Assembly (NCBI GenBank): GCA_948676835.1
Contig: CAPOZU010000001.1
Coordinates: 193,250-257,249, forward strand
Direction: 5' to 3'
Length of the DNA stretch: 64,000 bases
Source: an uncultured Clostridia bacterium
Lineage (GTDB): Bacteria > Bacillota > Clostridia > TANB77 > CAG-508
Shown here: positions 38,772 to 47,875 of the stretch, piece by piece
Layout: each line of letters opens with the position of its first letter
How positions within the stretch are numbered: position 1 is the first letter of the stretch
Translations under genes and position numbers: made by a program
Notes under the pieces: model-generated
What the model was told of the DNA's origin: nothing
Seen by the model: the letters and a program-made list of their open reading frames with translations, nothing else
Database searches by the model: none

Positions 38772-40133
38772 TTATATTTTGTCTTTATTAAAAATCCTAT
38801 ATAAAAAATTGGCTATTTTTATAGATAGATTATATTTTTTATCAAAAACATATACAACTGTTTTATTTAGTTCTCCAACAATATAATTTATATAAATATC
38901 TTGATTTTTTTCTAAAAGTTCATACTCATCTTTTTTTATACTATTGTAGAATCCATAATGTATATTGTCCCTACATTTTCTGTTAATAATAAAAAAATCT
39001 GTATCTAGTTCTTTGGGTAATTGATTTACTATTTTCTTTAAAAAAGGAATATTATTATTTTGATTATCATTCCAAATCATTTCAATCAATGTTGCTTTAA
39101 TTTTTATAAGAAAAGCATTAAAATCTAAATAAAAGCCATCATTGTCTTTTTCTATGACAAATTTATCATTTCCAAAAATATCACAAATTAATTTAATAGT
39201 TTTTATTAATCCAATTCTTTGTAATATATATACTTTTTCATCATATGATAAATCTATACTAAATAATTTTTTGGTAGAATATGACTTTGAAACAATTTTA
39301 ATTTTACTAAATCTTTTTATAAATTCTTCAACAAATTCTTTTCTTACTTCTTCGAATAGGCTATTTAATTCTTTTGGTAATTGATTTTTTATCCATCTTC
39401 TAGGGCTAAGTATTATACCATTATACATTTCAAAATCATTACTCTTATTAATATTCCAGTTTCGACTATTAATATCAATAAGTTCATTATTAACTAAATT
39501 TAATACAATATCAAATGTTCCATCCTTATCAAAATCTATTCCCATTTCATTTATTATTTTCTTTATATTTTTAGAATCATATAAAGGGCATTTTTTTAAA
39601 TATGAATTTCTTATCTGCTTTAGCATTTTATTCGTGAGTTCTGAATTTTTAATTTCTCCTAGCTTATATTGAACAATTTCTTGGCAAAATATAGAAGAAA
39701 AAAATAATAAGAAAGATGATAATATATTTTTCATTTGATAATCTTCTAGGTTATCTTCGACCGTTAATATTATTCCTAACCAGAAGGAATCATTTATTAT
39801 TTCAAAAAATATATTGTTGATAATATCTAATAATATACTTTTATGAATTTTGTCATCTATTATTTCATATGCTTCATTTATGATTTTGCATTCATATTTT
39901 TTATTTCCTGTAAAATTATCAGTATGTGCTTTTATTAATGTATAATTATCAGTATCTTTTAATATTTCTAGACTTTTTTCTTTTATTTTTATATTATATT
40001 TTTTAAAAAAAGTATCACTAATGTTTGTAATATCTTTTTGATATTTTAATGATGGCAATTTATATTGATTGTTAATATTATCTATTAAAAATTGTGCATT
40101 TCCCATATCTATTAAAAAAATTATTTGTTTCAT
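38772..40133 (-). CDS. hypothetical 453-aa protein with C-terminal Rx4-6H (HEPN-like) motif, candidate Abi-type protein
   Basis: RKCRDNIHYGFY near the C-terminus fits R-x(4-6)-H. No other recognisable domain. Confidence 0.35.
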   Translation of the reverse strand: MKQIIFLIDMGNAQFLIDNINNQYKLPSLKYQKDITNISDTFFKKYNIKIKEKSLEILKDTDNYTLIKAHTDNFTGNKKYECKIINEAYEIIDDKIHKSILLDIINNIFFEIINDSFWLGIILTVEDNLEDYQMKNILSSFLLFFSSIFCQEIVQYKLGEIKNSELTNKMLKQIRNSYLKKCPLYDSKNIKKIINEMGIDFDKDGTFDIVLNLVNNELIDINSRNWNINKSNDFEMYNGIILSPRRWIKNQLPKELNSLFEEVRKEFVEEFIKRFSKIKIVSKSYSTKKLFSIDLSYDEKVYILQRIGLIKTIKLICDIFGNDKFVIEKDNDGFYLDFNAFLIKIKATLIEMIWNDNQNNNIPFLKKIVNQLPKELDTDFFIINRKCRDNIHYGFYNSIKKDEYELLEKNQDIYINYIVGELNKTVVYVFDKKYNLSIKIANFLYRIFNKDKI

Positions 40134-40373
40134 TATTCCTTCTTTCTAATAATAAAATAATAGTATAAATTATTATTTATCTTACTTATATATCAATATC
40201 TAGCTATTTTCAAGTCATAATTTTTTAATTGAGACCATATTTTTTATTTTTAATTCCCTATAATAACTGAATATCAGAATTTTATGTCGTGTGAATTATA
40301 TTAACTTTAACTATATTTATTGATTTTATAAATTTCTAAAAATACAATAAATAAAAAACAAAGGAGAAGAATT

Positions 40374-40643
40374 ATGAAAAATAAAAAGTCAATTAGAGAA
40401 TTATATTTATCGGTTGAAACACAACTTAATGATAATTTAGTTTTAATGGATTCCTACAAAGAAATTGTTAATCGCAGAAATGAAAAAGAGATATTACTTG
40501 AAAATCAACTTACACAAAATGATTTCAAACTTTTTCAAGAATATGTCGACATTGAAAGTGAAATGCAAGGATTAGAAATGGAAGAATCTTTTATAAGAGG
40601 TTTTTCAATAGCATATCAATTATTTGTAGATTCATTGCAATAG
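40374..40643 (+). CDS. hypothetical protein
   Basis: 89 aa with AAGGAGAAGAATTATG RBS. Confidence 0.35.
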   Translation: MKNKKSIRELYLSVETQLNDNLVLMDSYKEIVNRRNEKEILLENQLTQNDFKLFQEYVDIESEMQGLEMEESFIRGFSIAYQLFVDSLQ

Positions 40644-40785
40644 CATATTGACAATGAAATACATATCATCTTCTAAATGCATTTCATTGTCAAAATTTAT
40701 TATGTAGATTTATTGAATAAACTGTATGAAAAATATAATTAATGTGATATAATATAAAGTATAGAAATGAAAAGGAGTGAAGAGT

Positions 40786-41034
40786 ATGTCTATTCAAAAA
40801 CAAGAATTATATAACATTATAGAAAGCTTACCTGAAGAACTTTCTAGTAAAGTTATGGAATATATAGAATATCTTAAATTTGCTTCTATTACTGATAATG
40901 CACCAGAGGATTTAATTATTAAAGATAAAGATGATTTAAAGAAAAAATTAGAAAAAGGTATACAAGATACAGAAAACGGCAATGTATGTTCTGTTGATGA
41001 GGCTTTTTCAGAAATCGAAGAAATGTTAAATTAG
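40786..41034 (+). CDS. type II antitoxin (ParD/Phd-like), start refined to MSIQKQ
   Basis: Lies 9 nt upstream of a RelE/ParE toxin. Acidic C-terminus ...VDEAFSEIEEMLN. AAAGGAGTGAAGAGT-ATG RBS. Confidence 0.5.
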   Translation: MSIQKQELYNIIESLPEELSSKVMEYIEYLKFASITDNAPEDLIIKDKDDLKKKLEKGIQDTENGNVCSVDEAFSEIEEMLN

Positions 41035-41043
41035 GAGTTACAA

Positions 41044-41361
41044 ATGTCAAAAAAATATAAAGTACAATTATCTTTAATAGCTAAAAATGATTTAAGACGT
41101 ATTATTATGTATATAAAAGATGAATTACAAGAGCCAAATATTGCTAGAAAATATGCAAAATTAATAAAAGAAGAAATAAAGCAACTTGAATATTCTCCTC
41201 AAAAATTTGCTATTATCGATATAGAAATACCTAATTATGATAATATTAGAAAACTTATTATAAAAAACTATATTGCTTTTTATAGAATAAACGAAAATGA
41301 AAAAATAGTATATATAGATAGAATTTTGTATGGAGCTTCAAATTGGAAAGACAAATTATAA
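41044..41361 (+). CDS. type II toxin, RelE/ParE family
   Basis: 105 aa with ParE-like pattern (DLRRI..YI, IAFYRI...IVYIDRILYG). Confidence 0.65.
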   Translation: MSKKYKVQLSLIAKNDLRRIIMYIKDELQEPNIARKYAKLIKEEIKQLEYSPQKFAIIDIEIPNYDNIRKLIIKNYIAFYRINENEKIVYIDRILYGASNWKDKL

Positions 41362-41529
41362 TTGTTTATGAAAAGTAGTATGTATGTTATAAATATACAT
41401 ACTACTTTTTTTATAAAATAACTAATATCTTCTTCATTTTTTAATAAAAAGCATAAACCTTATTGCTTTTGATATTTTTAGAAAAATACTTAATTCTTTA
41501 TTATATAATTTCATTTATTTCAATATAAA

Positions 41530-42267
41530 TTATTTATTGCTTTTATGATAAATTATATAACCACTATCGATTGGAATCAAATAAATATTATCATTATCAG
41601 AAAATTGATATAATCCATCATAATTTCCATAATAAACATATTCATTCTCAGTATTATCACTTATATTATGGTATAACACTTCTTGTCCTTTAAATCCTCC
41701 TAAAGAAATTGGAATTTCTAGTATTAAAGTTATATAGAATATAATAATTATTAAGTTAGATGATTTATATTTACTATCAATTAGCATAATAATAATTGGA
41801 AAAACTATATAATAGCTTATACATATTAATAATGTTCTTTCCATATTTCCTAAAATAAAAAGAAATATAGAAAGAATAATAAGCATAAAAACAATATGTA
41901 CTATTATTTGTACTATCATTTGAAATATAATATTTTTTTCTTTTTTTACTATTCTTTTAAAAAATTCAATTAATTGTATGTTGCTATATTCTATGCAAGT
42001 ATACATTATTAAAAAAATGCCTACATATACAACTATAACAGCAAACTGAATTAAAGAAATTGGTGAAAATGGCAACCCATATTCCTTATCTCTTATAATT
42101 AGAGCTATCGTTCCTATAAAATAGATTATTGGAACAATCCAAACATTATTCTTTATAAATAAATTTAGTTTTTCAAATATTTTAGTATGTATAATTGTAT
42201 TAAAATATTCATAAAAAGAATTTTCAATCTTTTTCATATTTTTCTCCATTATATAAATTGTTTTCAC
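41530..42267 (-). CDS. polytopic membrane protein
   Basis: 245 aa with about 6 TM. Confidence 0.4.
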   Translation of the reverse strand: MKTIYIMEKNMKKIENSFYEYFNTIIHTKIFEKLNLFIKNNVWIVPIIYFIGTIALIIRDKEYGLPFSPISLIQFAVIVVYVGIFLIMYTCIEYSNIQLIEFFKRIVKKEKNIIFQMIVQIIVHIVFMLIILSIFLFILGNMERTLLICISYYIVFPIIIMLIDSKYKSSNLIIIIFYITLILEIPISLGGFKGQEVLYHNISDNTENEYVYYGNYDGLYQFSDNDNIYLIPIDSGYIIYHKSNK

Positions 42268-42497
42268 GTTATTTATATATCAATATCTAGTTATTTTCAA
42301 GTCTAAAATCTTTTTATTAACAATATTGATAATTATCCAAACAAAAAATATAAAATGACATAGCTAATATTAAAAATTATAATAACGTTTTTGAATATTT
42401 CTCAAACTTCCTCATACTTCAAAAACTTTCTGCACATTCACACGACAAGATTTTCGAAAACACTTATTTTTATATACTTTGAAGTATTTGACTGTAA

Positions 42498-42560
42498 TCA
42501 CCTCGACCAGCAAGATGCAAAAAGTGTTGAAAATAGTAGTTTTCAACACTTTTTATTTTT
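42498..42560 (+). repeat. att-like remnant: tRNA-Pro 3' end (TCACCTCGACCA) followed by a different terminator hairpin
   Basis: 12-nt match to the tRNA 3' end then AAAGTGTTGAAAATAGTAGTTTTCAACACTTT-T run. Upstream 42423-42460 resembles the int-proximal arm region at 26065-26100. Confidence 0.55.
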
Positions 42561-42850
42561 ATTCAAAATTATTGAATAGTATCTCAAAATGCCTAAAAAT
42601 AAGCATTTTATCATTCAAGATTATTTAAAATTATTTAGACTAATACAGCGTTACAGAGTTTTTGTTAGATTTATTGTTAGACTTCTCCAAAAAACTGTCT
42701 AACAAAAACTAAATCTTTGTAATCTTTGAGTAACAAGGAAGGCATAGATTTCTGTTAGAATTATTGTTAGACATTATTATTTAAAATTATATAGAATTAT
42801 TTAAGCACATAAAAAGGGAAGTAATAAATACTTCCCAAATCATATTAACT

Positions 42851-43048
42851 TTATTCTATCATTGATTCAATCATCAATTTATTTGAAAGATTATAACCAT
42901 AAGCAAAAGCTTTTTTCCTTTCTAAATCAATTAATTGTGCCTCTTTAGAAAGAGTATTTTTTAGCAACTCATCAATTTCGTTAATTTCAGCCCATATATT
43001 ATCTAGTCTACTATCTTTACAAATATCTCGTACAATTTTATCTTGCAT
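42851..43048 (-). CDS. hypothetical small protein
   Basis: 65-aa ORF. Confidence 0.3.
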   Translation of the reverse strand: MQDKIVRDICKDSRLDNIWAEINEIDELLKNTLSKEAQLIDLERKKAFAYGYNLSNKLMIESMIE

Positions 43049-43172
43049 ATTATCGTATAAATCTTCTATTTTACTTTTCTCAAGGATATTATAATCTTGT
43101 AAAAGTTAACAAAATATGTTAATATAATCACAATAAAATTGAATTAAAATATAAGCAAGAGGTAATCTAAAA

Positions 43173-43547
43173 ATGTTGTTCAAACTTTCGGAAGAATATA
43201 AGGGCATAGAAAAAGAATATAAAGCAAAATTAATTATCAATACACCTATATATTGGGAAAATGCAGAAAAGGAAAAATCATATACAGATAATATGTTTCA
43301 ACAAATGCTAGAAGAACTGAATGAGATGGAAACTAAGATGCTAATTAATAACAAGGAAACGAAAGTTAAACTAAAAATAGAAAAAAATGCAAAATGTGAT
43401 ATTTTTCTATTTATTAGCATGGATATTAACAGAGAAAAATATAAATATACAGTTGAAAAGAATTTGGAAGAAAAAGATGAAAATAAGGATATTATTGAAC
43501 TTATACATATAGAAAGTGTAATATATGATTTTAAGCAACAAATATAA
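43173..43547 (+). CDS. hypothetical protein
   Basis: 124 aa, K/E-rich. Confidence 0.3.
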   Translation: MLFKLSEEYKGIEKEYKAKLIINTPIYWENAEKEKSYTDNMFQQMLEELNEMETKMLINNKETKVKLKIEKNAKCDIFLFISMDINREKYKYTVEKNLEEKDENKDIIELIHIESVIYDFKQQI

Positions 43548-43769
43548 AATTTTGAAATAGCAATCAATATTAGTTATCCAGGCTTATTAGAAGTACGTGA
43601 AACAGAAATTTATATAAATAATAAGTATCATAGTTCTTCTAATAGATCATTAAGCTCTTTACTAGTTTCTGTTACTGAAGCCAACAAAAATGAATGGCCT
43701 AAAATAAATATTATTAATATAGATAAGAGTTGGAATTGGTTAAAACAAAGAACAGGTTTTATAAAAGGT

Positions 43770-44183
43770 ATGGCTACTAACTCTATTGAAAGAGCACTAA
43801 GTGCACTCACCTATATATATGATTGCTATTCTTATGAAGACTTATTCTATTCTATGATAGGAATTGAAGCTATATATGTTAGAAGCAAAGAAGGAATATT
43901 ACAACAAATTAAAGATAAAAGTAAGTCTATATTTGGAGAACCAAAAGATTATATGAAAAGGTTAAAACATATGTACAATGTAAGATCACGTTTTATTCAT
44001 GGAGAGCTAAATTTTCCACCACGATATTGTCCAGATGGTGATACTCAAGAATTTTTTCAATTTTCAGATAAAGAATATTTTGATGCATTAAATATGGCAC
44101 AGGCTTTATTAATTGCAAGTATTCAGCAATTTATATTAATGGATACAGATGAAATAGAATTTGAACTTAAAGTAAAAATTTAA
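43770..44183 (+). CDS. hypothetical protein
   Basis: 137 aa. Only one in-frame ATG. Confidence 0.3.
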   Translation: MATNSIERALSALTYIYDCYSYEDLFYSMIGIEAIYVRSKEGILQQIKDKSKSIFGEPKDYMKRLKHMYNVRSRFIHGELNFPPRYCPDGDTQEFFQFSDKEYFDALNMAQALLIASIQQFILMDTDEIEFELKVKI

Positions 44184-44249
44184 AACATAGCAAAATTATA
44201 TAAATATAAAATGTATATTACTTATTTATTTGAAAATATTATCAAGGTT

Positions 44250-44290
44250 CACCTTGACCATATAAGAGATTTTCTAAACTCTCTTATTTT
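44250..44290 (+). repeat. attR: degenerate duplicate of tRNA-Pro 3' end plus hairpin core
   Basis: caccttgaccatataagagattttctaaactctcttattttt versus attL cacctcgaccatataagagagtttttaaactctcttattttt. Confidence 0.7.
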
Positions 44291-44828
44291 TATATTTAGT
44301 AAATTTATTTCTATAAATTATTTTTTAATTTATACCAAGTTTCATGGTATCCCTTTCTTCCACCAATAATTTCTCCTGTTGTTGTATCTACAAAATAAGT
44401 ATAACATTTATCTGATGGGCTTGCATCAATATCCATATCATATATTACAGCAACCATCCAAGCCCTTCTCATTAAATAATCTGTACGATAATATACAATA
44501 TTTTCAATAGGATAGTTTGAAGTAGATTCTTTACAATGACACTTTAAATCATATTTGACATAATTATATAAATAATGCTATAATATTTATACATTGATGA
44601 ACTAGCCGTTCATTATGTAATACTTGATATGTGGTGATGACACATATCTTTTTTTATTTCTATAAAAACAGAGCAAGTGATGACTGCTCTGAACTGATTT
44701 TATTCAGTTTTTGATAGTTTTTCTTTGTATGAAGGAAATCCCTGATTCCTAAAAGAGTTTTTATTTAGTGATAGAAATGTAGTTTGTTTAAGTTGCTATA
44801 GAGTTTTATACATTTTTGGTTCTTTTTG

Positions 44829-44930
44829 ACTTACTCTTCGGTCACCTGCTCAATTGCAGCTTTTTCGGCTTCGCAGCCCTTCAGTGCTTCCAATCCAGCA
44901 AGGGCCGCTTTGGAGAGGTCTTCATTCTAC
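44829..44930 (-). pseudogene. GC-rich 3' gene remnant (C-terminal about 33 codons, no start)
   Basis: Minus-strand frame reads NEDLSKAALAGLEALKGCEAEKAAIEQVTEE* at about 55% GC with no upstream ATG. It begins at the GC-composition jump. Confidence 0.4.
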
Positions 44931-44933
44931 CAA

Positions 44934-44975
44934 AACAGAAAGCGCCCAGCATTTGCTGGGCGCCTTCTGTTTTTC
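44934..44975 (-). terminator. strong rho-independent terminator after the helicase gene
   Basis: CAGAAGGCGCCCAGCA aat TGCTGGGCGCTTTCTG stem (GC-rich) then a T-run on the minus strand. Confidence 0.75.
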
Positions 44976-44990
44976 TATGCCTCTTTTCCG

Positions 44991-47693
44991 TTAGCTCGCT
45001 TTCTTGATGTTCTCGGTAATTTCCTGGAAGTACTCCTCCAGGAACTCCAAGTTCTCCTTAGCATTGCCAACAGTCAATCCGCTGAGCAACTCTCTAACCA
45101 GAGAATCGAATTCCATTTTCACCTCATTTTCCTTCGGAGTAAGAATCTTTTTCTTCTTTCCCGTCTGAGCACTAAAACTGCCCATAGGGTAGCATCTCTC
45201 AACCTCCTTCATAAACAGATACTGCATAGCCTCACGCGTATTACCTGCCGCCTTCTCCTCATCATCCAACAGCTCAAAAGAAACTGTCTTCTTTTTCAGA
45301 GTAATGCAGCCATACGCAAGAATTGGTTCATCGCCATATCCACCTTTGTTCATGGTAAGCTCGATTGTGCCGATTTCATCGGCATAGTCCAAAACATCCT
45401 GCAAAGTGCCGACCTGGATTCTCTCATACCCTCTCTTCTTGTAATCACGAATTCTAGTGATTCGCTGATTTTCAACGGCATTGCGAAGACCAGCCATGCT
45501 CTCCTCTTCTCTCCGATATACATTATCGTTTCGGAGCATTACCCGTGTGCCATTATCAAGTGCTACGGTTTTGACATCTGTTGTGAACAGAGTTTTATCG
45601 TCAACACAGATATACGGCTTACGGTAGGAATAGTAGACCTGAAATTCTTTGCCGTCAATTACAACAGTTTGCTGACGCGTGTCAGCAATCCTACTCTCAT
45701 AGGAACTGCTGGAAGAATAGAGCTTCCTACGCCATTCCTGTTCCGCCTCATACTCGGCTTTCAGATTGGCATAGTCGGGATGATTATAGTCCAGCTCAGA
45801 ATCAGTGCTGAGTTTAAGCTGGAGATAATACCTGCTTTTGAATACCATAACGGCATCATTTTCAGCATCATAAACACACTCAGACTCTTCACGGATTTGG
45901 CTGGGCACAAGCAACTTCTCAAGCGTACTTTTGCTAATTTTCGTAGCAAAAGTAACCAGATTCATCTGATCAGTGTACCCCCAACGCCCTTTAACAGGGA
46001 AACTTTTCGGTGTACCAACCACGCAATAAACCGGCTCCAAATAGGTAGAATGCACGCAGGAACCTTTGTCCAGCTGTCTGACGACTCCATCTTCTCCCAC
46101 AAAACGACCATATCCGTCAGAAACGAAAATGTTTGTTGCCATGCCGGCAATGCAGGATTTAACAATGGCCTCGCGGTCATCGTTATTCTGGATATCAATC
46201 AGATTGTCCAGCGCATTCTTAAGCTTCTTGATATGCTCCTTGATTCTCCGGAAGTTTTTCTTGCTGATACCAACCTCGTTGAAGTCGATATAGTCCTTCT
46301 CGCAGAGTTTATTCCACACATCAAGCTCAGCTAGCAAATCGCTGCCGTGCTCATAGGTGAAATTGCTGTAGCTAACCCAAGAATACTTCTTGCCTTTTCT
46401 GAGCAGTCCGCCAAATTCAATGATAGCCGCAATGGTCATAACCTGCTCGGTCACGCCATATTTTTCGGCCTCAATAATCATTCGGGCAAGTTCGACAGAA
46501 ACAGGCATTTTCACCATTTTGGAACCCAACTCAGTAACGTTGTTATCAGAGTCGGTTGCGCCGAGAGCAATCAGCTTCTTTTTGGCCAGCCGAATTGCCT
46601 CGCTATCCGGCTGATGATAGAACTCGAGCTCTTCAGCATCAAGTCCAGCTGCAGCCAGCTGCAGGACAATACGGTCCAGAATGGAACGCTGGATTTCCGG
46701 AACAGTATAATCTTCACGCTCCTCATAAGGATAATCAGAGCAAAGAGTATACCTGCCACCTTCGGTCCTGCCGGCTCTTCCTTCACGCTGTTTGCAATCA
46801 GCCTTGCTGATTTCAATCTCTACCAACCCTTCAACGCCGGACTCCGCATTGGAAATCTTGGCTTTGCCAGTGTCAATAACACTGATTCCAGGAATAGTTA
46901 CACCATCCTGAGCAATGTTGGTTGCAACGATGACCTTAGGAACGTTATAGCTCAAATAGCACTTTTTCTGCTCTTCCCACTCGAGGTCGCCGTGTAGCGG
47001 CAGGATAACTGCATCGCAGTTTTCCTCTTTAATATCCTCGATCAGGCTTTCCATCTCTTTTTTGCCGGAAACAAAAACAATAGTGTCGCGTTTTTCATTG
47101 ACATACTCCAGAACAGTAGGAACCAGCATGTAAGCGGGGCGGTGCTCGACCGCAACCTCATACAGCCTGCCAGGAACGTTGATGATTTCAGTCTTGCTTC
47201 CCAAATAGGATTTAAGCTTCTCAGCATCCATGGTAGCAGACATAATCACCACCTTGGTGTTCCACTTGTTCCTCATGAACTTGCACCAGGCAACCAGAGC
47301 CTCCATATTGCGATTCCACAGGTGGATTTCGTCAATAACCAGGACGTTCTCTTTGCTACCGTCAGCCATGGTGATAGTTCTAACGAGCTGAAGCCCATCA
47401 GTACAGAAAAGAATTCTGCTGTCAGCAGAGAAGCACTTGTCGTAGCCCGTCTTGTATCCGATTTCCTTGCCAACCGTCACTCCCATTTCCTCCGCAACGC
47501 GGTGAGAAGCGGTCTTCGCCGTCAAAATGCGCGGCTCAGTGACGATAACCTGGGCAAATTTGTTAACCAGGAATTGGGGAATCCGCGTGGTCTTGCCACA
47601 GCCGGTTCTTCCCACAACGATAAGAAAATCGTTCTTGGCGATAGCATTGACAATAGCGTCCTTGTACTGATCGATAGGAAGATTGATGTTCAT
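44991..47693 (-). CDS. DEAH-box (HrpA/HrpB-like) ATP-dependent helicase with roughly 400-aa uncharacterised C-terminal extension
   Basis: GRTGCGKTT Walker A, VIDEIH, SAT, TNIAQDGVTIPG (motif V), QREGRAGRT (motif VI), HA2-like region. About 50% GC versus 25% background. Confidence 0.8.
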   Translation of the reverse strand: MNINLPIDQYKDAIVNAIAKNDFLIVVGRTGCGKTTRIPQFLVNKFAQVIVTEPRILTAKTASHRVAEEMGVTVGKEIGYKTGYDKCFSADSRILFCTDGLQLVRTITMADGSKENVLVIDEIHLWNRNMEALVAWCKFMRNKWNTKVVIMSATMDAEKLKSYLGSKTEIINVPGRLYEVAVEHRPAYMLVPTVLEYVNEKRDTIVFVSGKKEMESLIEDIKEENCDAVILPLHGDLEWEEQKKCYLSYNVPKVIVATNIAQDGVTIPGISVIDTGKAKISNAESGVEGLVEIEISKADCKQREGRAGRTEGGRYTLCSDYPYEEREDYTVPEIQRSILDRIVLQLAAAGLDAEELEFYHQPDSEAIRLAKKKLIALGATDSDNNVTELGSKMVKMPVSVELARMIIEAEKYGVTEQVMTIAAIIEFGGLLRKGKKYSWVSYSNFTYEHGSDLLAELDVWNKLCEKDYIDFNEVGISKKNFRRIKEHIKKLKNALDNLIDIQNNDDREAIVKSCIAGMATNIFVSDGYGRFVGEDGVVRQLDKGSCVHSTYLEPVYCVVGTPKSFPVKGRWGYTDQMNLVTFATKISKSTLEKLLVPSQIREESECVYDAENDAVMVFKSRYYLQLKLSTDSELDYNHPDYANLKAEYEAEQEWRRKLYSSSSSYESRIADTRQQTVVIDGKEFQVYYSYRKPYICVDDKTLFTTDVKTVALDNGTRVMLRNDNVYRREEESMAGLRNAVENQRITRIRDYKKRGYERIQVGTLQDVLDYADEIGTIELTMNKGGYGDEPILAYGCITLKKKTVSFELLDDEEKAAGNTREAMQYLFMKEVERCYPMGSFSAQTGKKKKILTPKENEVKMEFDSLVRELLSGLTVGNAKENLEFLEEYFQEITENIKKAS

Positions 47694-47744
47694 TTTTAGC
47701 CCTCCATAAAAATATAAAATTAAGATGAGAATGTACTTTAAGGT

Positions 47745-47775
47745 AAATAAGCATACCTGTTAAAATTATATCATT
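47745..47775 (-). promoter_or_regulatory. sigma-A-like promoter for the helicase gene
   Basis: Minus strand TTGCAA-17-TATAAT. GGAGGG RBS before the ATG. Confidence 0.5.
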
Positions 47776-47875
47776 TCTTATTTTTTTTTGCAAATTCTTT
47801 AATTTACCATGCAAAAGAGGGGACGCAATTATGCATCCCCCCTTTGTAATTATGGTCATTACCTGACCCTACGTT

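Larger units (their letters stand above)
25944..44290. mobile_element. array of integrative mobilizable element(s) at tRNA-Pro (tandem int modules, MobV/oriT, cargo)
   Basis: Bounded by imperfect direct repeats of the tRNA 3' end plus hairpin core (25933-25975 and 44250-44290). Integrase adjacent to the tRNA. Internal att-like remnants at 27391, 27750 and 42498. Confidence 0.7.

Noticed and set aside
42391-42579. 62-aa plus-strand ORF
   Set aside because: It spans the att-like remnant and terminator hairpin (tRNA 3'-end repeat) and is more plausibly non-coding att sequence.
44311-44472. 53-aa minus-strand ORF just right of attR (MRRAWMVAVIYDMDIDASPSDKCYTYFVDTTTGEIIGGRKGYHETWYKLKNNL)
   Set aside because: No RBS, no recognisable family, and it lies in att-flanking sequence. 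Kept out of the feature list as unsupported.
44826-47699. Long plus-strand ORFs (44826-46334 at 502 aa, 46347-46997, 47142-47699 and several shorter ones)
   Set aside because: They are antisense to the GC-rich helicase gene. High GC suppresses stop codons, the translations are low-complexity with no motifs, and the minus-strand frame has clear DEAH helicase motifs.
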